Part shown: piece after piece, positions 59,008 to 64,000 of the stretch
How positions within the stretch are numbered: the stretch's first letter is position 1
How the letters are laid out: the number at the start of each line of letters is the position of its first letter
Source: an uncultured Methylophilaceae bacterium
GTDB lineage: Bacteria > Pseudomonadota > Gammaproteobacteria > Burkholderiales > Methylophilaceae
Direction of reading: 5' to 3'
Length of the DNA: 64,000 nt
Assembly (NCBI GenBank): GCA_964484105.1
Contig: CAZAEN010000007.1
Location: 99,599-163,598, forward strand
Notes under the pieces: generated by a model
Seen by the model: the letters and a program-made list of their open reading frames with translations, nothing else
The model's database searches: none
Told to the model about the DNA's origin: nothing
Program-made: the position numbers and the translations under genes

Positions 59008-59895
59008 GTGGCACAAACCCAAATGGCTTTAGACTCACTTGATTTCGACGGAACCGTCGCTTTGGCAACTAAAGTTGCTTCACATGTTGATATCTTAGAA
59101 ATCGGTACTCCTTGTATCAAACACAACGGTATCAAATTGTTAGAAACTTTACGTGCTAAATTCCCTAACAACAAAATCTTAGTTGACTTAAAAACAATGG
59201 ACGCTGGCTACTACGAAGCAGAGCCATTTTACAAAGCTGGTGCTGATATTTGCACAGTATTAGGTACTGCAGATATTGGTACGATTAAAGGTGTAATTGA
59301 TGTTGCTAACAAATACGGCAAAATGGCTCAAGTTGACTTAATCAACGTTACAGACAAAAAAGCCCGTACATTAGAAGTGGCTAAATTGGGCGCACACATC
59401 ATCGGTGTGCACACTGGTTTAGATCAACAAGCAGCTGGTCAAACACCGTTTGTTGATTTGGCAATGGTTACTGGTTTAAATACTGGCGCTAAAGTTTCTG
59501 TAGCAGGCGGTGTTAAAGCTGCAACAGTACGTCAAGTAGTAGATGCGGGTGCTGACATTGTTGTTGCGGGTGCTGCTATTTATGGCGCAGCTGACCCAGC
59601 AGCGGCAGCGAAAGAAATTACATCATTGGCGCATACAGCACCAGCAGCAGCCGGTGGTAATAAATGGTTGCCATGGGTATTGGCAATTGTCGCAGCAGTG
59701 ATTGTGATCTCTTTGTTTGGCGGTAAAAAAGAAGAGGCACCTGTGGAAGCTGCACCTGCGGCAGTAGAAGAAGCCGCTCCTGCGGCTGAAGCTGCGCCAG
59801 CAGCTGAGGCAGCTCCTGCTGAAGAGGCGGCAGCAGAAGCTGCTGGTGATTTGGTTGAGGCTGCAAAAGAAGCTGCTCCAACGCCAGCGCAGTAG
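59008..59895 (+). CDS. hxlA: 3-hexulose-6-phosphate synthase with C-terminal TM anchor and Ala/Glu/Pro tail
   Basis: QMALD, ILEIGTP, LVDLKTMDAG, GVHTGLDQQ, SVAGG, VAGAAI HPS motifs in residues 1-about 208; hydrophobic W220-F237; EAAPAA-repeat tail. Confidence 0.93.
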   Translation: MAQTQMALDSLDFDGTVALATKVASHVDILEIGTPCIKHNGIKLLETLRAKFPNNKILVDLKTMDAGYYEAEPFYKAGADICTVLGTADIGTIKGVIDVANKYGKMAQVDLINVTDKKARTLEVAKLGAHIIGVHTGLDQQAAGQTPFVDLAMVTGLNTGAKVSVAGGVKAATVRQVVDAGADIVVAGAAIYGAADPAAAAKEITSLAHTAPAAAGGNKWLPWVLAIVAAVIVISLFGGKKEEAPVEAAPAAVEEAAPAAEAAPAAEAAPAEEAAAEAAGDLVEAAKEAAPTPAQ

Positions 59896-59912
59896 TAATA
59901 TTCGTTGTTTTT

Positions 59913-59942
59913 AAAAAAGCCGGCACTAAGTCGGCTTTTTTT
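59913..59942 (+). terminator. Rho-independent terminator after hxlA
   Basis: aaaaaagccggc-actaa-gtcggcttttttt. Confidence 0.85.
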
Positions 59943-60016
59943 ATTGCTTTTTTGCTTATCATCAGTAGTTTGGGTTAGAATGCGCTGGTTATTGACATAC
60001 ATCTAAATAAAATCCA

Positions 60017-60604
60017 ATGCGCTCAGCAGAAGTTACACGTAACACCCTAGAAACTCAAATTTCCGTGAATCTAAATTTAGATGGTACAGGTACATCACAG
60101 CTAAATACTGGCCTTGGTTTTTTGGATCATATGTTGGATCAAGTTGCACGTCATGGCATGATGGACATTGCTATTGAAGCAATAGGTGATTTACATATTG
60201 ACGGACATCATACTGTAGAAGATATTGGCATAACCTTAGGGCAGGCATTTACCAGAGCGATTGGGGATAAAAAGGGTATTTTTCGCTATGGGCATGCTTA
60301 TGTGCCGCTTGATGAAGCTTTATCACGCGTGGTACTAGATATTTCCGGTCGTCCTGGTTTGGAATTCTCGTGCGAATTTACGCGTGCGGTAATTGGCGAG
60401 TTTGATGTGGATTTGTTCCACGAATTCTTTCAAGGCTTTGTGAATCACGCCAATCTAACCCTGCACATTGATAACTTAAAAGGTCATAACTCGCACCATC
60501 AGGCCGAAACTATTTTTAAAGCTTTTGGGCGGGCACTTCGTATGGCAGTGTCGTATGACACTCGCATGACGGGCATCATGCCTTCAACAAAAGGAAGCCT
60601 GTAA
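60017..60604 (+). CDS. hisB: Imidazoleglycerol-phosphate dehydratase
   Basis: [29 protein letters not shown]. Confidence 0.97.
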   Translation: MRSAEVTRNTLETQISVNLNLDGTGTSQLNTGLGFLDHMLDQVARHGMMDIAIEAIGDLHIDGHHTVEDIGITLGQAFTRAIGDKKGIFRYGHAYVPLDEALSRVVLDISGRPGLEFSCEFTRAVIGEFDVDLFHEFFQGFVNHANLTLHIDNLKGHNSHHQAETIFKAFGRALRMAVSYDTRMTGIMPSTKGSL

Positions 60605-60626
60605 GCGCATCCACATCCGATTTTTT

Positions 60627-61292
60627 GTGATGAGTAAAATTGATATAGCAGTCGTCGATTACGGCATGGGCAATTTGCGCTCAGTCTCTAAAGCACTAGA
60701 ACACGTTGCTGAAGGGCAGACTGTTGCCGTGACGAGCGACCCCTATGTGGTCGGTCAAGCAGCACGTGTTGTATTCCCCGGTCAAGGCGCTATGCCGGAC
60801 TGCATTCGAGAGCTTGATGCCAAGGGCTTGCGTGCCTCTGTCGTTGAGGCGGCGCACAGTAAACCTTTTCTCGGTATTTGCATAGGCTTGCAGATGTTGT
60901 TCGAACATTCTGAAGAGGGTGATGTGGCTGGTCTAGGTATTCTAAAAGGCAATGTCCGACGCTTTTCACCGGCAGAAATGCACGATAGTGAGGGCAATAA
61001 ACTTAAAGTGCCGCATATGGGATGGAATCAGGTGTATCAACACGCCTCAAGACCGCATCCTTTGTGGCAAGGTATTGAAGATGGTGCGCGTTTTTATTAT
61101 GTGCATAGCTACTATGTTGAGCCGCAAGACGCATCATTGGAATCTGGTTATAGCGAATATCCAAAGCACTTCACTAGCGCTATTGCCCATAACAACCTCT
61201 TTGCAGTACAGTTTCATCCTGAAAAAAGTGCTGATGCAGGCTTACAGCTATTGCGTAATTTTGTTCACTGGAATCCAGTAATCAAAAAATAA
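60627..61292 (+). CDS. hisH: Imidazole glycerol phosphate synthase, glutamine amidotransferase subunit
   Basis: DYGMGNL, GICIG, VPHMGWN, YYVHSY, QFHPEKS. Confidence 0.96.
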   Translation: MMSKIDIAVVDYGMGNLRSVSKALEHVAEGQTVAVTSDPYVVGQAARVVFPGQGAMPDCIRELDAKGLRASVVEAAHSKPFLGICIGLQMLFEHSEEGDVAGLGILKGNVRRFSPAEMHDSEGNKLKVPHMGWNQVYQHASRPHPLWQGIEDGARFYYVHSYYVEPQDASLESGYSEYPKHFTSAIAHNNLFAVQFHPEKSADAGLQLLRNFVHWNPVIKK

Positions 61293-61365
61293 TTTTATTG
61301 CATTCATTTTTTCATTAATCCGCCGTTTATTGGGTACGTCAATTTTCTATTTTTTTGTTTAGCGT

Positions 61366-62109
61366 ATGTTACTTATTCCTGCAATTGATTTAAAAGATGG
61401 CCATTGTGTTAGGCTAAAACAGGGGTTGATGGAAGAATCAACCGTATTTTCAGAGGACCCAGCCGCAATGGCGAAACATTGGGTTGATGCGGGCGGGCGA
61501 CGTCTGCATTTAGTAGATTTAAATGGTGCATTTGCTGGTAAACCGGTGAATGAAGCCGCTATTAAATCTATCGTGAAGACGGTGGGTGGCGATATTCCAA
61601 TTCAGCTTGGCGGCGGCATTCGTGATTTGGATACCATTGAGCGTTATTTGGATGACGGCATTAGCTACGTGATTATCGGTACAGCAGCCGTGAAAAATCC
61701 CGGTTTTTTGCACGAGGCTTGTTACGCGTTTCCAGGGCAGATTATCGTTGGGCTGGATGCAAAAGATGGCAAAGTGGCAGTAGATGGTTGGTCAAAATTA
61801 ACTGGACACGACGTGATAGATCTTGCCAAAAAATTTGAAGATTATGGTGTGAACTCCATTGTTTATACGGATATTGGTCGTGATGGCATGCTTAGTGGTG
61901 TGAATATTGAGGCAACTGTGGCATTGGCACAGGCGCTGACCATTCCGGTCATTGCCTCTGGAGGCCTCACGAATTTGGAGGACGTACGAAAACTTTGTGC
62001 GGTGGAATCCGAGGGTGTGATCGGCGCGATTACTGGCCGTGCAATTTATGAGGGCACGTTGGATTTTGCTGATGCGCAAGATTTGGCCGATGAGTTAAGC
62101 CAAGCATGA
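61366..62109 (+). CDS. hisA: ProFAR isomerase
   Basis: [36 protein letters not shown]. Confidence 0.96.
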   Translation: MLLIPAIDLKDGHCVRLKQGLMEESTVFSEDPAAMAKHWVDAGGRRLHLVDLNGAFAGKPVNEAAIKSIVKTVGGDIPIQLGGGIRDLDTIERYLDDGISYVIIGTAAVKNPGFLHEACYAFPGQIIVGLDAKDGKVAVDGWSKLTGHDVIDLAKKFEDYGVNSIVYTDIGRDGMLSGVNIEATVALAQALTIPVIASGGLTNLEDVRKLCAVESEGVIGAITGRAIYEGTLDFADAQDLADELSQA

Positions 62110-62873
62110 GTTTAGCGAAAAGGATTATCCCTTGTTTAGATGTGACCAATGGACGTGTGGTCAAAGGGGTGAATTTTCTGGAGTTACGTGATGCCGGTGA
62201 TCCGGTGGAAATTGCCAAACGCTACGATGATCAAGGCGCGGATGAGCTGACTTTTTTGGATATCACCGCGAGTTCAGATGATCGTGACTTGATTTTGCAC
62301 ATTATTGAAGAAGTTGCATCACAAGTCTTTATTCCATTAACAGTGGGTGGCGGTGTGCGGCAAGTAGAGGATGTTAGGCGTTTATTGAATGCGGGCGCGG
62401 ATAAAGTTAGCATTAATACAACAGCAGTCCTTAATCCACAAATGGTGGCAGATGCAGCAGCAAGATTTGGCTCGCAGTGTATTGTGGTCGCTATTGATGC
62501 GAAAAAAGTAGAGAATCAGCCATTTGAATGGGAAGTGTTTACCCATGGCGGACGTAAACCTACCGGATTAGACGCAGTGGTGTGGGCAAAGAAAATGGTG
62601 AGTCTAGGTGCAGGTGAGTTGCTGGTCACTAGTATGGATCGCGATGGCACAAAAATTGGCTTTAACAATCCCCTTAATCGCGCGATTTCCGATGCTGTTG
62701 AGGTGCCATTGATAGCCTCAGGTGGCGTTGGTAATTTACAGCACTTAGTAGATGGCATTAAAGAAGGTGGCGCAGATGCGGTGCTGGCGGCTAGTATTTT
62801 CCACTACGGCGAGTACACGGTAAAACAGGCCAAAGATTATATGGCGCAACACGGGATAGAAGTGCGACAATGA
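62106..62873 (+). CDS. hisF: Imidazole glycerol phosphate synthase cyclase subunit
   Basis: [37 protein letters not shown]. Confidence 0.97.
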   Translation: MSLAKRIIPCLDVTNGRVVKGVNFLELRDAGDPVEIAKRYDDQGADELTFLDITASSDDRDLILHIIEEVASQVFIPLTVGGGVRQVEDVRRLLNAGADKVSINTTAVLNPQMVADAAARFGSQCIVVAIDAKKVENQPFEWEVFTHGGRKPTGLDAVVWAKKMVSLGAGELLVTSMDRDGTKIGFNNPLNRAISDAVEVPLIASGGVGNLQHLVDGIKEGGADAVLAASIFHYGEYTVKQAKDYMAQHGIEVRQ

Positions 62874-63259
62874 ATTGGCTCAATGAGGTTAAGTTTGATG
62901 ATCTCGGCCTGGTGCCCGTGATTGCGCAAGCTTTTGATAGCCAAACCATTTTGATGTTTGCTTGGATGAATCAAGAGGCGCTCAAACTTACCGTGGAAAC
63001 TGGGCAAGCCGTCTATTGGTCTCGCTCGCGCAATAAGTTGTGGCGCAAGGGTGAGGAATCTGGCCATACGCAAATTGTGCACGAAATTCGTTTAGATTGT
63101 GACGCTGACGTGGTGCTGTTAAAAATTGAGCAAGTCGGAGGCATCGCATGCCATACTGGACGCGAAAGCTGCTTTTTCCGCAAGCTAGACAATAAATCTG
63201 AGTGGAAAATTGACCAAGCGGTGATTAAAAACCCGAATGAAATTTACCAAAAAAAATAG
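62870..63259 (+). CDS. hisI: Phosphoribosyl-AMP cyclohydrolase
   Basis: [31 protein letters not shown]. Confidence 0.96.
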   Translation: MNWLNEVKFDDLGLVPVIAQAFDSQTILMFAWMNQEALKLTVETGQAVYWSRSRNKLWRKGEESGHTQIVHEIRLDCDADVVLLKIEQVGGIACHTGRESCFFRKLDNKSEWKIDQAVIKNPNEIYQKK

Positions 63260-63270
63260 GTGCGAATGAG

Positions 63271-63588
63271 ATGCAAGATGTGTTGAATCGTTTGGCGGAA
63301 TTGTTGGAGGCGCGTAAAGCTGCCGATCCAACTTCGTCTTACGTGGCTAAATTGTATAGCAAGGGCATCGATAGTATCCTTAAAAAAGTGGGTGAAGAAG
63401 CGGCTGAAACTATCATTGCCGCGAAAAATGGTAACAAAGAAGAAATTATTTATGAAACCGCTGACTTATGGTTTCACACGTTAATTATGTTGGCGAATGC
63501 TGGATTAAAACCTGAAGACGTGCTGAATGAATTAGCGAGACGTGAAGGCTTATCTGGCTTAGCTGAAAAGGCTAACAGAGAAAAGTAA
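63271..63588 (+). CDS. hisE: Phosphoribosyl-ATP pyrophosphatase
   Basis: [24 protein letters not shown]. Confidence 0.96.
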   Translation: MQDVLNRLAELLEARKAADPTSSYVAKLYSKGIDSILKKVGEEAAETIIAAKNGNKEEIIYETADLWFHTLIMLANAGLKPEDVLNELARREGLSGLAEKANREK

Positions 63589-63602
63589 TTAGGCAAAATA
63601 AA

Positions 63603-63941
63603 ATGAGTACAGACTGTATTTTTTGCAAAATTGTCAAAGGTGATATTTCTTCCAAAAAAGTATATGAGGATGATGACGTGATTGCTTTTCATGATATTCA
63701 TCCCATTGCGCCGGTACACTTTTTGATTGTGCCAAAACTGCATGTGGAAAGCTTGGCGAGTTGCGAGGCCACTCATCAAACATTACTGGGAAAAATGCTC
63801 TTGCTCGCGCCGAAATTGGCGAAAGAGCAAGGATTAAATGGCTTTCGTACCATGATTAATACTGGGCGTGAAGGCGGCCAAGAGGTTTTTCATATTCATA
63901 TGCACGTGTTTGGTGGTGGTTCGCATTTACCTAAAACTTAA
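63603..63941 (+). CDS. HIT family nucleotide-binding protein
   Basis: DCIFCKI, QEVFHIHMHV histidine triad. Confidence 0.93.
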   Translation: MSTDCIFCKIVKGDISSKKVYEDDDVIAFHDIHPIAPVHFLIVPKLHVESLASCEATHQTLLGKMLLLAPKLAKEQGLNGFRTMINTGREGGQEVFHIHMHVFGGGSHLPKT

Positions 63942-63972
63942 GTTTTAATGAAGATTTTCGCGGAGAGATAAT

Positions 63973-64000
63973 ATGGGTTCGTTCAGTATTTGGCATTGGT
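63973..64000 (+). CDS. tatA: Twin-arginine translocase TatA, 5' end only
   Basis: MGSFSIWHW after a ggag RBS; usual position after his-HIT. Confidence 0.8.

Noticed and set aside
59001-59042. Out-of-frame 13-codon ORF starting at the ATG before the hxlA GTG
   Set aside because: The ATG abuts the Shine-Dalgarno with no spacing, while the GTG at 59008 has optimal spacing
59580-60002. Antisense ORFs over the hxlA tail
   Set aside because: Mirror of the Ala/Glu/Pro repeat codons; they run across the terminator
1-64000. CRISPR array, rRNA, tRNA, transposase or integrase
   Set aside because: No regularly spaced direct repeats, cloverleaf or rRNA-like tracts were seen, and no ORF carries DDE, tyrosine- or serine-recombinase motifs
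1-64000. Neisseria DNA uptake sequence (gccgtctgaa), considered because of the dRS3-like repeats
   Set aside because: Only partial matches such as gccgtctgg were noticed, inside coding regions; no enrichment apparent

Overview
Core chromosomal segment of a betaproteobacterial methylotroph, most likely Methylophilaceae (Methylotenera-like). This is inferred from the RuMP enzyme hxlA inside the his cluster, system II cytochrome c biogenesis and betaproteobacterial gene orders. The window runs from the 3' end of ahpF to the start of tatA. It includes pepN, hda, purM, rsmB, an RND pump, ampD, pilSR, an ECF sigma module, lptFG, pepA-holC, gcvH, pbpG, topA, ttcA, folM, trmB, engB, c4-resB-resC, mlaFEDCB, yadGH-ibaG-grxD-murA and the his genes. 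No rRNA, tRNA, CRISPR array, transposase or integrase was recognised. Accessory material is small: a three-gene toxin-antitoxin operon, a gene broken by one stop codon, two AT-rich orphan genes and dRS3-like palindromic repeats. The most notable items are: (1) a hexulose-6-phosphate synthase with a C-terminal transmembrane anchor and an acidic Ala/Pro tail, in its own transcription unit splitting the his operon; (2) a 403-aa proline-punctuated helical protein after holC with PopZ-like features; (3) a soluble plus membrane-tethered pair of DUF3108 paralogs; (4) an uncharacterised ECF sigma-DUF3619-DUF3106-RDD module; (5) an orphan multi-TM histidine kinase divergent from an orphan prepilin. Family assignments come from motif recognition by eye; no database search was run.
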